Below are positions 1 through 13,748 of a DNA stretch of 64,000 nucleotides, one piece after another. Each line of letters begins with the position of its first letter. The stretch's first letter is position 1. Source of the DNA: Escherichia coli (GTDB taxonomy: Bacteria > Pseudomonadota > Gammaproteobacteria > Enterobacterales > Enterobacteriaceae); assembly GCF_030384885.1 (NCBI RefSeq), contig NZ_CP128613.1, one strand, 5' to 3'. Both the position numbers and the translations under genes were made by a program. Below the pieces are notes generated by a model. It ran no database searches. It was given only the letters and a program-made list of their open reading frames with translations, and was not told the origin of the DNA.

Positions 1-34
1 ATCACTGCCGCCTTTCTTAAAATATTTATCTGGT

Positions 35-2494
35 ATGGACACCGTGAATATTTATCGACTCTCTTTTGTATCCTGCCTGGTCATGGCGATGCCTTCCGCC
101 ATGGCGGTTGAATTCAACCTGAATGTCCTCGACAAATCGATGCGTGAGCGCATTGATATTTCATTATTAAAGGAAAAAGGTGTCATTGCTCCCGGTGAAT
201 ATTTTGTCAGCGTTGCGGTAAATAATAACCAAATTAGTAATGGGCAAAAAATTAACTGGCAAAAAAAGGGTGACACTACCATTCCGTGCATCAATGATTT
301 ATTGGTCGATAAGTTTGGCTTAAAACCCGAAGTCCGTCAGTCGTTACCTCTGATTAATCAGTGCGTCGATTTTAGCTCCCGACCAGAAATGCTCTTCAAT
401 TTTGATCAGGCCAGTCAGCAACTGAATATCACCATCCCACAGGCCTGGCTGGCGTGGCAGTCAGATAACTGGACTCCACCCTCCACATGGAAAGAAGGTG
501 TCCCCGGTGTCCTGATGGATTACAACTTGTTTGCCAGCAGCTACCGCCCACAGGATGGTAGCAACAGCACTAACCTGAACGCCTATGGAACAGCCGGAAT
601 TAACGCGGGAGCATGGCGTTTACGCAGTGATTACCAATTGAATCAGACCGATAGCGATGATAACCATGAACAGTCAGGCGAAATATCACGCACCTATCTT
701 TTTCGTCCATTACCGCAATTAGGTTCAAAATTAACCCTTGGTGAAACGGATTTCAGTTCCAATATTTTCGACGGCTTTTCTTATACCGGCGCGGCACTGG
801 CGAGTGACGACCGGATGTTACCGTGGGAACTGCGCGGCTACGCTCCACAAATTAGCGGTATTGCACAAACCAATGCCACGGTGACGATCAGTCAATCAGG
901 CCGCGTCATCTACCAGAAAAAAGTCCCGCCAGGCCCGTTTATCATTGATGACCTTAATCAGTCCGTCCAGGGTACGTTGGATGTCAAAGTGACGGAAGAA
1001 GATGGTCGGGTGAACAATTTCCAGGTTTCGGCAGCATCGACGCCTTTCCTTACGCGCCAGGGGCAGGTTCGCTATAAACTTGCTGCCGGTCAGCCGCGAA
1101 CATCTATGTCTCATCAAACTGAAAATGAAACCTTTTTTAGCAATGAAGTTTCCTGGGGGATGCTGTCAAATACCTCGCTGTACGGCGGCCTGCTGATTTC
1201 GGGTGATGACTACCATTCTGCCGCAATGGGTATCGGGCAAAATATGCTCTGGCTTGGTGCATTGTCGTTTGATGTCACCTGGGCCAGTAGTCAGTTTGAT
1301 ACTCAGCAGGACGAGCGGGGCTTAAGTTACCGCTTTAATTACAGCAAACAAGTGGATGCCACTAACAGCACGATTTCGCTCGCCGCTTATCGCTTCTCAG
1401 ATCGTCATTTTCACAGCTACGCCAACTATCTGGATCACAAATACAACGACAACGATGCGCAGGACGAAAAACAGACGATCAGCTTATCCGTGGGGCAACC
1501 GATTACCCCACTGAACCTCAATCTGTACGCCAACCTGCTGCATCAAACCTGGTGGAATGCAGACGCCTCCACGACCGCCAACATCACGGCGGGTTTTAAT
1601 GTTGATATTGGTAACTGGAGAGATATCTCGATCTCGACGTCATTCAATACAACCCATTACGAAGATAAAGATCGCGACAACCAGATTTACCTGTCGATTT
1701 CGCTTCCCTTCGGTAACGGTGGTCGGGTCGGTTATGACATGCAAAACAGTAGCCACAGCACCACACACCGCATGTCGTGGAACGATACGCTGGATGAACG
1801 AAATAGCTGGGGGATGTCTGCTGGACTACAATCCGACCGTCCGGACAATGGAGCCCAGGTGAGCGGTAACTATCAGCACCTGAGTTCAGCGGGTGAGTGG
1901 GATCTTTCTGGTACTTATGCTGCCAATGACTACAGTTCTGTTAGCAGCAGCTGGAGTGGTTCTTTCACGGCGACGCAATATGGTGCAGCCTTCCATCGCC
2001 GCAGCTCCACCAATGAACCACGCCTGATGGTCAGCACCGATGGCGTGGCAGATATTCCGGTTCAGGGCAATCTCGACTACACCAACCATTTTGGCATTGC
2101 AGTGGTACCGCTGGTTTCCAGTTATCAACCTTCCACCGTGGCCGTGAACATGAACGACTTACCCGACGGCGTGACGGTGACAGAAAACGTCATCAAAGAA
2201 ACGTGGATTGAAGGCGCAATAGGTTACAAATCACTGGCATCCCGTTCCGGTAAAGACATTAACGTTATCATTCGCAACGCCAGCGGTCAGTTCCCTCCCC
2301 TCGGTGCGGATATCCGTCAGGATGGCAGCAGCATTAGCGTGGGGATGGTTGGCGAGGAAGGACACGCCTGGTTAAGCGGAGTCGCTGAAAATCAAAAGTT
2401 TACCGTGGTCTGGGGTGATAGTCAGCGTTGCTCGATCCATCTTCCTGAACATATGGAAGACACCGCAAATCGCCTGATTTTACCTTGTCATTAA
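35..2494 (+). CDS. ybgQ: Fimbrial outer-membrane usher protein (chaperone-usher pathway)
   Basis: 819-aa ORF with N-terminal signal peptide (MDTVNIYRLSFVSCLVMAMPSAMA), usher-typical size, immediately followed by an overlapping PapD-like chaperone gene; synteny with ybgQPO next to abrB/nei. Confidence 0.8.
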   Translation: MDTVNIYRLSFVSCLVMAMPSAMAVEFNLNVLDKSMRERIDISLLKEKGVIAPGEYFVSVAVNNNQISNGQKINWQKKGDTTIPCINDLLVDKFGLKPEVRQSLPLINQCVDFSSRPEMLFNFDQASQQLNITIPQAWLAWQSDNWTPPSTWKEGVPGVLMDYNLFASSYRPQDGSNSTNLNAYGTAGINAGAWRLRSDYQLNQTDSDDNHEQSGEISRTYLFRPLPQLGSKLTLGETDFSSNIFDGFSYTGAALASDDRMLPWELRGYAPQISGIAQTNATVTISQSGRVIYQKKVPPGPFIIDDLNQSVQGTLDVKVTEEDGRVNNFQVSAASTPFLTRQGQVRYKLAAGQPRTSMSHQTENETFFSNEVSWGMLSNTSLYGGLLISGDDYHSAAMGIGQNMLWLGALSFDVTWASSQFDTQQDERGLSYRFNYSKQVDATNSTISLAAYRFSDRHFHSYANYLDHKYNDNDAQDEKQTISLSVGQPITPLNLNLYANLLHQTWWNADASTTANITAGFNVDIGNWRDISISTSFNTTHYEDKDRDNQIYLSISLPFGNGGRVGYDMQNSSHSTTHRMSWNDTLDERNSWGMSAGLQSDRPDNGAQVSGNYQHLSSAGEWDLSGTYAANDYSSVSSSWSGSFTATQYGAAFHRRSSTNEPRLMVSTDGVADIPVQGNLDYTNHFGIAVVPLVSSYQPSTVAVNMNDLPDGVTVTENVIKETWIEGAIGYKSLASRSGKDINVIIRNASGQFPPLGADIRQDGSSISVGMVGEEGHAWLSGVAENQKFTVVWGDSQRCSIHLPEHMEDTANRLILPCH

Positions 2495-2508
2495 TTAAGG
2501 AAATGAAA

Positions 2509-3240
2509 ATGACATTTATGAAAGGACTTCCCCTTTTGTTGTTGGTTACCAGTCTGTGTAGCCACGCTGCACTACAACCCGACCGCACTCGCATTGTGTT
2601 TAACGCTAATGATAAAGCTACCAGTCTGCGAGTAGATAATCGTAGCGATAAACTCCCCTACCTCGCTTATTCCTGGCTCGAAAATGAAAAAGGGGAGAAA
2701 AGCGACGATCTTCTGGTCGCCCTGCCACCGATACAACGTCTGGAACCGAAAGCAACAACGCAGGTGCGGATAGTCAAGCAAGCCTCGACCGCGAAATTAC
2801 CGGGCGATCGCGAAACGCTATTTTTCTACAATATGCGTGAAATTCCTCCCGCCCCGGAAAAAAACAGCGACCATGCCGTTCTGCAAGTCGCCATCCAGAG
2901 CCGTATCAAGGTGTTCTGGCGACCGTCTGCATTACGCAAGAAAGCAGGAGAAAAGGTCGAACTGCAGTTACAGGTCAGCCAGCAGGGCAATCAGCTTAGC
3001 TTAAAAAACCCTACTGGCTATTATCTGACCATCGCGTATCTTGGGCGAAATGAGCAAAGCGTTCTCCCGGGCTTCAAAACTGTGATGATTGCGCCTTTTA
3101 GTACAGTAAGCACAACCACTGGAAATTATAGTGGCAGCCAGTTTTATCTCGGTTATATGGATGATTATGGCGCATTACGCATGACAACGCTCAACTGTAA
3201 CGGGCAATGCCGTTTACAGGCTGTGGAGGCGAAGAAATGA
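2509..3240 (+). CDS. ybgP: Periplasmic fimbrial chaperone (PapD-like)
   Basis: ORF 2485..3240; PapD-family motifs ([40 protein letters not shown]), signal peptide; start placed at MTFMKG (2509) to give ~242 aa; overlaps usher stop. Confidence 0.8.
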   Translation: MTFMKGLPLLLLVTSLCSHAALQPDRTRIVFNANDKATSLRVDNRSDKLPYLAYSWLENEKGEKSDDLLVALPPIQRLEPKATTQVRIVKQASTAKLPGDRETLFFYNMREIPPAPEKNSDHAVLQVAIQSRIKVFWRPSALRKKAGEKVELQLQVSQQGNQLSLKNPTGYYLTIAYLGRNEQSVLPGFKTVMIAPFSTVSTTTGNYSGSQFYLGYMDDYGALRMTTLNCNGQCRLQAVEAKK

Positions 3241-4298
3241 GTGCTGGCAAGGGATTGTTGCTCATCATCTGTCTGTTATTTCTACCGTTAAAATCTGCGC
3301 TTGCCCTGAACTGTTACTTTGGTTCATCCGGTGGTTCGGTAGAAAAATCGGAATCTATTCAACCATTTGCTGTACCAGGGAATGCCAAACCCGGCGATAA
3401 GATCTGGGAGTCTGACGATATTAAAATTTCCGTCTATTGTGACAACAATACCAACGGCAACTTTGAGAGCGAGCATGTCTACGCCTGGGTAAACCCGTAC
3501 CCGGGAATTCAGGATCGCTATTATCAACTCGGCGTAACTTACAATGGTGTTGATTATGATGCTAACCAGGGAAAAAGCCGCATCGACACTAACCAGTGCA
3601 TCGACAGCAAAAACATTAATATTTATACCCCTGAGCAGATCATCGCGATGGGATGGCAGAACAAAATTTGCTCTGGTGATCCCAATAATATTCATATGTC
3701 GCGTACGTTTCTCGCTCGCATACGGTTATACGTCAAGATACGAGAGATACCGCCGCATGATTATCAAAGCACGCTCAGCGATTACATTGTGGTGCAATTT
3801 GATGGCGAAGGAAGCGTTAATGAGGACCCTACCGCCCAAAACCTGAAATATCATATTACCGGTCTGGAAAACATTCGGGTATTGGATTGCAGCGTCAATT
3901 TTTCTATTACCCCAGCCAACCAGGTCATTGATTTTGGTAAATTTAATGTACTGGATATCCGGCGACACAACATGACAAAAACATTCGGTATTAAAACGAC
4001 AAAATCACAAAACGATCAATGTACCGACGGATTCAAAGTCAGCTCTTCGTTTTATACCGAAGAAACGCTGGTTGAAGAAGATAAAGCATTGCTGATTGGC
4101 AATGGTCTGAAGCTACGTTTACTGGATGAAAACGCCTCGCCCTATACCTTCAACAAATACAGCGAATATGCCGACTTCACCAGTGACATGCTGATCTACG
4201 AAAAAACCTATACGGCTGAACTTTCGTCTATTCCCGGCACTCCCATTGAGGCTGGCTCCTTCGATACCGTGGTGCTTTTTAAGATTAACTATAACTAA
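3237..4298 (+). CDS. ybgO: Fimbrial-like adhesin/subunit protein
   Basis: ORF 3207..4298; start at ATG 3237 overlapping chaperone stop (ATGA); signal peptide [17 protein letters not shown]; last gene of chaperone-usher operon. Confidence 0.7.
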   Translation: MSAGKGLLLIICLLFLPLKSALALNCYFGSSGGSVEKSESIQPFAVPGNAKPGDKIWESDDIKISVYCDNNTNGNFESEHVYAWVNPYPGIQDRYYQLGVTYNGVDYDANQGKSRIDTNQCIDSKNINIYTPEQIIAMGWQNKICSGDPNNIHMSRTFLARIRLYVKIREIPPHDYQSTLSDYIVVQFDGEGSVNEDPTAQNLKYHITGLENIRVLDCSVNFSITPANQVIDFGKFNVLDIRRHNMTKTFGIKTTKSQNDQCTDGFKVSSSFYTEETLVEEDKALLIGNGLKLRLLDENASPYTFNKYSEYADFTSDMLIYEKTYTAELSSIPGTPIEAGSFDTVVLFKINYN

Positions 4299-4448
4299 TT
4301 TCCCATGATGCCCTTTGCAACCGAAAGGGCATCTCTTTCAGAAAATTGCTGATTTTCCCCTTTTCCTTGATTGCTGTTATTTTTTCCTGGCCCGGCTTTC
4401 TTTATGCTGTATCGATACACCAAAGAGAAAATAATGAGGAAGCGAAGG

Positions 4449-5495
4449 ATGCCAGTTTTGCAGTGGGGAATGTTATGTGTGCTTTCACTTCTCCTTTCTA
4501 TTGGCTTCCTCGCGGTACATCTTCCGGCGGCACTATTACTTGGGCCAATGATCGCCGGAATCATCTTTAGTATGCGCGGAATTACTCTGCAACTTCCCCG
4601 ATCCGCTTTTCTCGCCGCCCAAGCCATTCTTGGCTGCATGATTGCGCAAAACCTCACTGGTTCGATTCTCACCACGCTAGCCGTTAACTGGCCGATTGTG
4701 CTAGCCATTTTACTCGTGACGTTACTTTCCAGCGCCATCGTGGGTTGGTTATTGGTGCGCTATAGCTCACTGCCTGGAAATACCGGTGCCTGGGGTTCTT
4801 CTCCTGGCGGCGCGGCGGCAATGGTCGCTATGGCGCAAGATTACGGCGCAGATATTCGCCTGGTGGCATTTATGCAATATCTGCGAGTGCTGTTCGTCGC
4901 GGGGGCCGCTGTTCTGGTCACCCGCATGATGCTGGGCGATAACGCTGAAGCGGTTAACCAGCAGATCGTCTGGTTCCCGCCAGTGAGCATTAATCTCCTG
5001 CTTACGATTTTGCTCGCGGTCGTTGCCGGTACGGCGGGATGCTTGCTACGTCTTCCTTCCGGCACGATGCTCATCCCGATGCTGGCGGGCGCAGTGCTCC
5101 AGTCTGGTCAGCTCATCACCATCGAACTACCAGAATGGCTGCTGGCGATGGCGTATATGGCAATTGGCTGGCGGATTGGTCTTGGTTTCGATAAGCAAAT
5201 CTTACTGCGGGCATTGCGCCCGCTGCCACAAATCTTGCTGTCGATTTTTGCTCTGCTGGCTATTTGTGCAGGTATGGCGTGGGGACTGACCCGGTTTATG
5301 CATATTGATTTTATGACTGCCTACCTCGCCACCAGTCCCGGCGGGCTTGATACCGTGGCGGTCATCGCCGCAGGGAGCAATGCCGATATGGCGCTTATTA
5401 TGGCGATGCAAACCCTACGCCTGTTCAGTATTTTGCTGACGGGGCCAGCCATTGCGCGGTTTATTTCAACCTATGCGCCGAAGCGGTCGGCCTAG
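4449..5495 (+). CDS. abrB: AbrB-family inner-membrane protein (putative regulator/transporter)
   Basis: ORF 4371..5495, polytopic hydrophobic protein; start chosen at MPVLQWGML (348 aa), alternative in-frame ATG at 4434. Confidence 0.75.
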   Translation: MPVLQWGMLCVLSLLLSIGFLAVHLPAALLLGPMIAGIIFSMRGITLQLPRSAFLAAQAILGCMIAQNLTGSILTTLAVNWPIVLAILLVTLLSSAIVGWLLVRYSSLPGNTGAWGSSPGGAAAMVAMAQDYGADIRLVAFMQYLRVLFVAGAAVLVTRMMLGDNAEAVNQQIVWFPPVSINLLLTILLAVVAGTAGCLLRLPSGTMLIPMLAGAVLQSGQLITIELPEWLLAMAYMAIGWRIGLGFDKQILLRALRPLPQILLSIFALLAICAGMAWGLTRFMHIDFMTAYLATSPGGLDTVAVIAAGSNADMALIMAMQTLRLFSILLTGPAIARFISTYAPKRSA

Positions 5496-6283
5496 TGCTG
5501 GCAGCCTGGACACCAGTAAAACGGGCGCGAGGACAACGTGGTTTTCTCAATGATGCTGCCACAACGTTCGCACGGTTCGCCATCACGATGAAAAACCTTA
5601 AAGCGAAACAGCGCCCCATGATGTTTATTCTCATCCACCTGCCCCCGCGTAGCGTAAGAAAGTCGAGGAATCTCCAGTAACGCGTGTGCGAGTGCATCCA
5701 GTTGCGCCGCATTGAGATCTTTCGCTTTATGATTGCCGGTTAACCCCACCTGCCAGAGGATCTCCACCCGCAAATAATTGCCAAGCCCAGCCAGAAACGC
5801 CTGATCGAGTAGTAATCCAGCAAACTGACGGTTACGAAAGCGCGGCGACAATAACCGTTCTTTCGCCACCTCCGGCGTCAGTTTCGGATCCAGCACATCG
5901 GGGCCAACGCGTTGTAAAAACGGATGCGTGGTCAGTTGTTCCGGGGTCAACATCTCAATATCCGAGGCGCTATAAAGCAGAATGGTTTTGTCAGCCGTTT
6001 GCAGTTTTACCCGCAATACTCGCGTGGTCTGCGGCTCTTCGCCGGTATCAACCACGCGCCAGACGCCGTAAAGCTGATTATGGCTGTAGAGCGTTAACCC
6101 GTTGGAAAAATGAGTTAACAACGCCTTACCTCGCGTTTCCACATGGGTAACGTGTTGACCGATAAGTTGTGATTGATAAGGTTTTAACTGCGGGAAGGCA
6201 AACCAGACATCAGTTAGAGGTTTGCCTTTGATCGCCGCCTCCAGGTTATCCGCTGCGCGGCGGATTTCCGGGCCTTCAGGCAT
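5492..6283 (-). CDS. nei: Endonuclease VIII (DNA glycosylase/AP lyase)
   Basis: ORF 5492..6511 contains [14 protein letters not shown]... (Fpg/Nei N-terminal PEGPE motif) and C-terminal zinc finger [25 protein letters not shown]; true start at ATG 6283 (263 aa). Confidence 0.9.
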   Translation of the reverse strand: MPEGPEIRRAADNLEAAIKGKPLTDVWFAFPQLKPYQSQLIGQHVTHVETRGKALLTHFSNGLTLYSHNQLYGVWRVVDTGEEPQTTRVLRVKLQTADKTILLYSASDIEMLTPEQLTTHPFLQRVGPDVLDPKLTPEVAKERLLSPRFRNRQFAGLLLDQAFLAGLGNYLRVEILWQVGLTGNHKAKDLNAAQLDALAHALLEIPRLSYATRGQVDENKHHGALFRFKVFHRDGEPCERCGSIIEKTTLSSRPFYWCPGCQH

Positions 6284-6317
6284 GGTGATATCCTTTTTTT
6301 GTTCTTTTTTTGCGGGA

Positions 6318-7052
6318 TTATGCTGCGACAACAATCCCCTTTTTGGTAAATGTAGAGCGTAGTCGGCGGGCGAACGCCAGTGCGTGCTCGCCGTCGCCAT
6401 GCAGACAGACAGTCTGCACCGTGACCGTCGCCCATTCGCCGGTGATACTTTTGACTCTGCCGTGTTGCACCATCTCCAGCGTCTGCGCCAGCGCCTGTTC
6501 TTCGTTTTCAATCAACGCGCCAGGCTGACTTCGCGGTACCAGTGAGCCGTCAGCCTGATATCCGCGATCGGCAAATACTTCCTCGCGCGTTGTCAGGCCA
6601 TATTGCTTGCCTGCACGAATCAGCTCGCTTCCCGCCAGCCCGACGAGAATCAATGCCGGATCGCAAGCGTAAACTGCTCTGGCAATGGCGTCTGCCAGTT
6701 GTGCGTCTTTCGCCGCCTGGTTGTATAACATGCCGTGCGGTTTGACATGACGCATCACGCCGCCTTGCGCGCGAGCAATAGCGGCCAGCGCACCAATTTG
6801 ATACAGCGTTTGGGCGTAAACGGTTTCCGGCGGCAATTGCATGGCGCTACGGCCAAAATGTTCCCTGTCCGGAAAGCTCGGGTGAGCGCCAATGGCGACA
6901 CCATTTTGTATGGCATCACGCACGCAAGCCTGCATGGTTTGTGCATCGCCTGCATGAAATCCACAGGCAATATTGGCTGAGGAAACCAGCGTTAATAGCT
7001 CTGCGTCGCTGACACAGCCTTCGCCCAGATCGGCGTTCAGGTCAATTTTCAT
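6318..7052 (-). CDS. pxpA: 5-oxoprolinase subunit A (LamB/YcsF family)
   Basis: 244-aa ORF, LamB/YcsF-family sequence ([12 protein letters not shown]...), overlaps upstream pxpC stop; conserved ybgJKL cluster. Confidence 0.85.
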   Translation of the reverse strand: MKIDLNADLGEGCVSDAELLTLVSSANIACGFHAGDAQTMQACVRDAIQNGVAIGAHPSFPDREHFGRSAMQLPPETVYAQTLYQIGALAAIARAQGGVMRHVKPHGMLYNQAAKDAQLADAIARAVYACDPALILVGLAGSELIRAGKQYGLTTREEVFADRGYQADGSLVPRSQPGALIENEEQALAQTLEMVQHGRVKSITGEWATVTVQTVCLHGDGEHALAFARRLRSTFTKKGIVVAA

Positions 7053-7974
7053 TGTGCAGCCGCCACGCTAATTGTTCGAAATAACGTTGCTGATCTTGCC
7101 GTGCTTTCAGTGCCTCTTCCAGTGAACACTGGACAAAATGAATCGGCTGACCGAGCGGAATTTGCGCCAGATGGTACATATCAGCCTCAATGATACAGGC
7201 AATACGCGGATAACCACCGGTGGTCTGTGCGTCGTTCATCAATACAATCGGCTGCCCGTTATGCGGCACCTGCACCACGCCCGGCAACAAACCATGAGAT
7301 AACAGTTCGCGATCGGTGGTGCGTTTTAAGATTTGCCCCTGTAGGCGATAGCCCATCCGGTTACTTTGCGGGCTAAGCTGCCAGGGCGAACGCCAGAATG
7401 CATCCTGCGAGGCGCGATCGAACTCATGATATTCCGGCCCCGGCAAGGCGCGAATGCGGTTGCCCCACAGCAGCTGTTTAACGCCCTGCGCTTCCATAAA
7501 ATCACGCTTCGATTTACCCATCGGGAGTCGGTCACCATCCTTCAGTAAACGGCCTTCCAGCCCACCAATCCCCACTTTGAGATCGGTACTGCATGACCCC
7601 ATTACCGGCGGAACATCAATACCACCCGCGACCGCCAGATAACTGCGCATCCCGTGCTGCGGGCGTTTAAGCGTTAAACGCTGGCCTGCTTTCATCGGCA
7701 ATCGCCAGCCAGTCCAGACGGCATTATCATCCAGCCGCGCTTCGCAACCTGCCCCCGTCAGGGCAAACCAACCATCAGTTTCGAACTCTACCGTTAACTG
7801 ACCGAGCGTTATCTCCAGCGCGGGGGCATTGGCGTCATTACCCACCAGCAGGTTAGCAATGCGTAACGCAGGCATATCCAGTGCGCCGCAGTGGCTGATA
7901 CCCGACTGGCGAAAACCGTGACGACCGCCATCCTGCACAGTAGTATACATGCCCGCACGAATAATCTTCAGCAT
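7042..7974 (-). CDS. pxpC: 5-oxoprolinase subunit C (allophanate hydrolase subunit 2-like)
   Basis: 310-aa ORF, overlaps pxpB and pxpA; conserved operon context. Confidence 0.85.
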   Translation of the reverse strand: MLKIIRAGMYTTVQDGGRHGFRQSGISHCGALDMPALRIANLLVGNDANAPALEITLGQLTVEFETDGWFALTGAGCEARLDDNAVWTGWRLPMKAGQRLTLKRPQHGMRSYLAVAGGIDVPPVMGSCSTDLKVGIGGLEGRLLKDGDRLPMGKSKRDFMEAQGVKQLLWGNRIRALPGPEYHEFDRASQDAFWRSPWQLSPQSNRMGYRLQGQILKRTTDRELLSHGLLPGVVQVPHNGQPIVLMNDAQTTGGYPRIACIIEADMYHLAQIPLGQPIHFVQCSLEEALKARQDQQRYFEQLAWRLHNEN

Positions 7975-8624
7975 ACTCCCTCCTTCTGCGGTACAAAGCG
8001 CACGCTGTCTCCCGGACGTAATAAGATGGGTTCGTCACGCGCCGGATCAAACAGGCTGAGTGAGGTATGACCAATCAACTGCCAGCCGCCCGGCGTTGCC
8101 AGCGGATAAACACCGGTCTGCGGCCCGCCGATCCCGACAGAACCTGCCGGAACGAGCAAGCGCGGTTCAGCGCGCCGTGGCGTGTGTAGTTGTTCCGGCA
8201 AACTCCCGAGATACGGGAAGCCCGGTTGAAAACCTAAAAACCAGACCACGTATTCCACAGAGGAGTGCAATTCAACAACCTGTTTTTCGCTCAATCCACA
8301 ATGCGCCGCGACCACCGCCAAATCCGGTCCGCCTGCGCCACCGTAAACCACCGGAATTTCAATAAAACGAGACTCCGGCTCCAGCGCCTCACTCTCCTCC
8401 CACCAGCGTTGCAAACGCTCTATGGCATCCAGCGCCAGCGACTCAGGATTACGTAAAATCACCGTGATATTGTTCATGCCGGGAATGGCTTCAACCACAT
8501 TCGGCATATCCACCAGACGCTGCGCCAGTCGCCGGATACGTTTCTGGCTAGCCAGCGTCACCGGCGGTTCCAGCTCCAGCACTACCGCCGTTTCACCTAT
8601 CAGATAACAACGCGCTCGTTGCAC
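7968..8624 (-). CDS. pxpB: 5-oxoprolinase subunit B (allophanate hydrolase subunit 1-like)
   Basis: 218-aa ORF at head of pxpBCA cluster. Confidence 0.85.
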   Translation of the reverse strand: MQRARCYLIGETAVVLELEPPVTLASQKRIRRLAQRLVDMPNVVEAIPGMNNITVILRNPESLALDAIERLQRWWEESEALEPESRFIEIPVVYGGAGGPDLAVVAAHCGLSEKQVVELHSSVEYVVWFLGFQPGFPYLGSLPEQLHTPRRAEPRLLVPAGSVGIGGPQTGVYPLATPGGWQLIGHTSLSLFDPARDEPILLRPGDSVRFVPQKEGVC

Positions 8625-8646
8625 TTTCGATCCCTCTGATTATTCG

Positions 8647-9390
8647 TTATGCAGGATTAGGAATATCAATAAAGGTCACATCAAGATCGGTATTTTCATT
8701 CAGCCACTCGCTCAATGCGCGAATACCACCGCGTTCAGTGGCATGGTGACCCGCAGCATAAAAATGCAATCCCTGCTCGCGGGCTGAATGAATGGTCTGT
8801 TCAGAAACTTCGCCAGTAATAAAAGCATCCACGCCAAAACGCGCGGCGCTATCGATAAAACTCTGCCCGCCGCCCGTGCACCAGGCGACGCGCTGAACCA
8901 CCTCAGGTCCGGTATCGCCACACCATAACGGCTTACGTCCCAGACGCGCTTCAATCCAGGAAGCCAGCTCCAGTCCCGGCACAGGCATGGTCAGTTCGCC
9001 CCACGGCACCAACGGCTCAATTTCGCCCATGACCGTGATCCCCAGTATCGCCGCCAGCTGTGCGTTATTGCCCAGCTCTGGATGTGCGTCAAGCGGCAAA
9101 TGCCAGCCATACAGGTTGATATCATTCACCAGCAACGTTTTTAAACGGTTACGCTTCATGCCGCGAATTACCGGGGATTCGCCTTTCCAGAAGTAGCCAT
9201 GATGCACAATGACCGCATCCGCGCCCAGACGCACCGCTTCATCGAGCAGCGCCTGGCTGGCGGTGACACCGGTAACAATTTTTTGCACCGTCTCTTTGCC
9301 TTCTACCTGCAAACCATTCGGCGCGTAATCACTTATGGCCGCGCTGTTCAGTTTCTCGTTAATCAGTTGTTCCAGTTCGGTGTTTTTCAT
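8647..9390 (-). CDS. ybgI: Nif3-family metal-binding protein (GTP cyclohydrolase 1 type 2 homolog)
   Basis: 247-aa ORF, NIF3/YbgI-family sequence (MKNTELEQLINEKL...HHGYFWKGE...). Confidence 0.85.
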   Translation of the reverse strand: MKNTELEQLINEKLNSAAISDYAPNGLQVEGKETVQKIVTGVTASQALLDEAVRLGADAVIVHHGYFWKGESPVIRGMKRNRLKTLLVNDINLYGWHLPLDAHPELGNNAQLAAILGITVMGEIEPLVPWGELTMPVPGLELASWIEARLGRKPLWCGDTGPEVVQRVAWCTGGGQSFIDSAARFGVDAFITGEVSEQTIHSAREQGLHFYAAGHHATERGGIRALSEWLNENTDLDVTFIDIPNPA

Positions 9391-9477
9391 CTTCGCGCCT
9401 TCCGTATTCTGATAGCTATACCGTTAACATAGCGTTACCTCGCCTGTTCGTCGATAGCCAATCTTTTGACATATTAA

Positions 9478-11142
<1,665 letters not shown>

Positions 11143-11149
11143 CAGGCCA

Positions 11150-11290
11150 GCACCGATGCCTGATAAGACGCTTAATGCGTCTTATCAGGCCTGGATGTCC
11201 CTGCAATATATTGAATTTGCACTATTTGCCAGGCCGGAGAAGGTGTTCACGCAGTATCCGGCATCCGGGCAAGATTGCCTGACGCGTCTG
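11150..11290. repeat. REP/BIME palindromic element cluster in convergent dtpD-phr intergenic region
   Basis: Imperfect palindromes gcctgataagacgcttaatgcgtcttatcaggc and gccggatgcc...gcctgacgcgtc with a central caatatattgaatttg linker. Confidence 0.7.
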
Positions 11291-12709
11291 TTATTTCCCC
11301 TTCCTCGCCGCCTCATACGCTGCCAACGTTCGTACTCTCGCTTCTTTGTGATCGACTATCGGTTGCGGATAATCCAGCGTCACACCTGATTTATCTGCCC
11401 ACTTCCACGGTTCATGCACCGCTTTCCCTGGTACATCGCGCAGCTCCGGTAACCATCGGCGGATAAACTCACCTTCGCGATCAAATTTCTCGCCCTGGGT
11501 TGTCGGGTTAAAAATACGAAAATACGGCGCAGCATCGGTTCCGGTGGAGGCCGCCCATTGCCAGCCACCGTTATTGGCTGCCAAATCACCATCAATCAGC
11601 TGCGACATGAAATATCGCTCGCCTTCGCGCCAGTCGATCAATAAATCTTTCACCAGAAAACTGGCTGTAATCATCCGTAGCCGGTTATGCATCCAGCCAC
11701 TGCTATTAAGCTGACGCATGGCGGCATCAACAATTGGGTATCCCGTTTTGCCTTCCTGCCAGGCCTTTAAATGGGCGGGATTGCTTTGCCACTGTACGCG
11801 ATCGGTCCAGGCAATAAAGGGGCGATGCTTACACAGTGACGGGTGATACGTCATCAAATGACGGTAGAACTCGCGCCAGATCAGCTCATTAAGCCAGACG
11901 CTACCAGCCCCGCCATCCAGCGCTTGCGGCTGTTCCGCCAACAGGCGATGCAGACACTGGCGAGGCGATAACCCGCCCGTTGCCAGGCTGGCGGACAAAC
12001 GACTGGTGCCTTCCACTGCCGGAAAATCTCGTTGTTGCTCATACTCTCCGGCACCGTTCTGGCAAAACTGGCGTAATTGCGCAATCGCCGCTTTTTCTTC
12101 CACCGGGAAATGCGCAGTATCGAAAGACTGACGAGGATAATTCAGCGTAATGGATGGCGCGGGCTCTATCGATCCGCTACTACGAACTTTTGGTGCAGCG
12201 ACGCACTCCGGCCCCCCTTCTCGCAGCCGTTTCAGCCAGGCGTTTTTAAATGGCGTAAAGACTTTGTACATCTCATGATTGCCAGTCATCACCGCCCCCG
12301 GCGGCAGGATCACGCTGTCATCAAATCCTTCACACACCACGTTACGCAGCGTTCTCTCAACCTGCACATCCCGAGCCCGCTCATTCACCTCATACTGATA
12401 GTTATAAAACAGATGGGTAACACGATTTTCCGCGCACACCTGTTTAACTATTTCGACGCTGGCGGCAAAGTCATCCACTTCATGAAACAGCAAAGGAATG
12501 CCTTTTTCCGCCAGCGCGATTTGTAGCCCGTTCAGTTGTGCATTGATAAATTCAGCCTGACGCGGCGACATATTATGCGCCGCCCACTGGCGTGGTGTAG
12601 CGATATACAACGCCAGCACGCGTGCAGACGAATAGCGGCAAGCGGCCGCCAGCGCGAGATTATCATGCAGACGTAAATCCTGGCGAAACCAGACCAGATG
12701 GGTAGTCAT
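11291..12709 (-). CDS. phr: Deoxyribodipyrimidine photolyase
   Basis: 472-aa ORF, photolyase sequence (MTTHLVWFRQDLRLHDNLAL..., FAD-binding C-terminal domain); overlaps ybgA stop. Confidence 0.9.
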   Translation of the reverse strand: MTTHLVWFRQDLRLHDNLALAAACRYSSARVLALYIATPRQWAAHNMSPRQAEFINAQLNGLQIALAEKGIPLLFHEVDDFAASVEIVKQVCAENRVTHLFYNYQYEVNERARDVQVERTLRNVVCEGFDDSVILPPGAVMTGNHEMYKVFTPFKNAWLKRLREGGPECVAAPKVRSSGSIEPAPSITLNYPRQSFDTAHFPVEEKAAIAQLRQFCQNGAGEYEQQRDFPAVEGTSRLSASLATGGLSPRQCLHRLLAEQPQALDGGAGSVWLNELIWREFYRHLMTYHPSLCKHRPFIAWTDRVQWQSNPAHLKAWQEGKTGYPIVDAAMRQLNSSGWMHNRLRMITASFLVKDLLIDWREGERYFMSQLIDGDLAANNGGWQWAASTGTDAAPYFRIFNPTTQGEKFDREGEFIRRWLPELRDVPGKAVHEPWKWADKSGVTLDYPQPIVDHKEARVRTLAAYEAARKGK

Positions 12710-13215
12710 AAAACTCCTGCATGGCGCAAGTTAATCACCCGCGGCCAAAGTTCGAAATAACGCTGCTCTGAAAGCCAGGCGTCAGGATAAAGCGCCATAT
12801 AGTGTTTGATACGCATCAGCGGCGCAAGAAGCGGTTGCTCGCCACGGCGATAACTGTCGATAAGCGCCGCCAGCTGCTGGCGTTCTGTGGAATCAATATG
12901 TGGGCGAAAATATCCCTGAACGTGCATCAAAACATTGGTGTGGTCACGTCGGTTGGCGGGGTGAGAAAGCAAAACAATTACGCGTTGGCGGTACTGGTTG
13001 TAATAGTCATCCAGATTTTGCCACTGGTGAATATCAGCCACAAACGGGCCAAGTTTGCGGTATTCCGGCTGGGAATGAGCCAGAAAGACGAGTTTATAGC
13101 GGCTGTGATAATCGTTGAGCGCCCCGCGCGTTAAGCCTCGCTCTTTAAGACGGTGTAACTCATGCAAAGCAAAAATGCGGATAAGGGTGCTGTCATCAAA
13201 AAGTTGTTGATTCAT
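12706..13215 (-). CDS. ybgA: DUF1722-family protein co-transcribed with photolyase
   Basis: 169-aa ORF immediately upstream of and overlapping phr start. Confidence 0.8.
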   Translation of the reverse strand: MNQQLFDDSTLIRIFALHELHRLKERGLTRGALNDYHSRYKLVFLAHSQPEYRKLGPFVADIHQWQNLDDYYNQYRQRVIVLLSHPANRRDHTNVLMHVQGYFRPHIDSTERQQLAALIDSYRRGEQPLLAPLMRIKHYMALYPDAWLSEQRYFELWPRVINLRHAGVL

Positions 13216-13412
13216 TACTACTCCTGGGCGGTTTACAGGAGTAAGTGTAGACGGCGGTACTGAAAAAACGAAACGAATAAATGATAACAGTAAAAAAATT
13301 CAATTATTCATAATAAATTTCATGGTGGCAAGAAATAGTTTCTTTTCTTCATCGCTCATGGCAGCAACGTTTAACATGTTGTCATCAAAATTATTGATGA
13401 TATTTTTTAATT

Positions 13413-13748
13413 TCAGTAACTGCAAAGGAGAAAAATAGTCACTCCGATGAGATTACTCAATACCAGCAATAGCTCCCCATCATATAAATAGCCCACCATA
13501 AGATTAATCTCTATCATCTCAATTGCTTTTTGTACAGCAAGCGCCGGTAAGATATTCTGACGAAGCATTTTGGCAATATCATTTTCATCCAGTTCATCGG
13601 GTGTTTTATCTAATAAAGAATTATACCAGTTTATTAAACCACTTTTGAAAGCGAACGAATCATATTGCAGGTGATAAATCTGTTTTAGGGTTTCTTTATT
13701 TTTCAATTTATAGTGCCTTTGTTTGCTATAATTTTTCTGAAATAACAT
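13413..13748 (-). CDS. Hypothetical small protein with hydrophobic C-terminus (island ORF 5)
   Basis: 111-aa ORF in AT-rich island; start overlaps stop of upstream ORF (TGATG), indicating translational coupling; no family recognised. Confidence 0.45.
   Translation of the reverse strand: MLFQKNYSKQRHYKLKNKETLKQIYHLQYDSFAFKSGLINWYNSLLDKTPDELDENDIAKMLRQNILPALAVQKAIEMIEINLMVGYLYDGELLLVLSNLIGVTIFLLCSY

Noticed and set aside
1-34. Possible 3' end of an upstream fimbrial subunit gene (ybgD-like) at the window start
   Set aside because: Only 34 nt available; cannot be supported from sequence.
5492-6511. Long N-terminal extensions of several ORFs (nei 339 aa, kdpA 605 aa, asnB 606 aa, fldA 215 aa, seqA 207 aa, pgm 563 aa)
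   Set aside because: The extensions are upstream open frame without RBS; recognised mature N-termini start at internal ATG/GTG codons as listed in the features.
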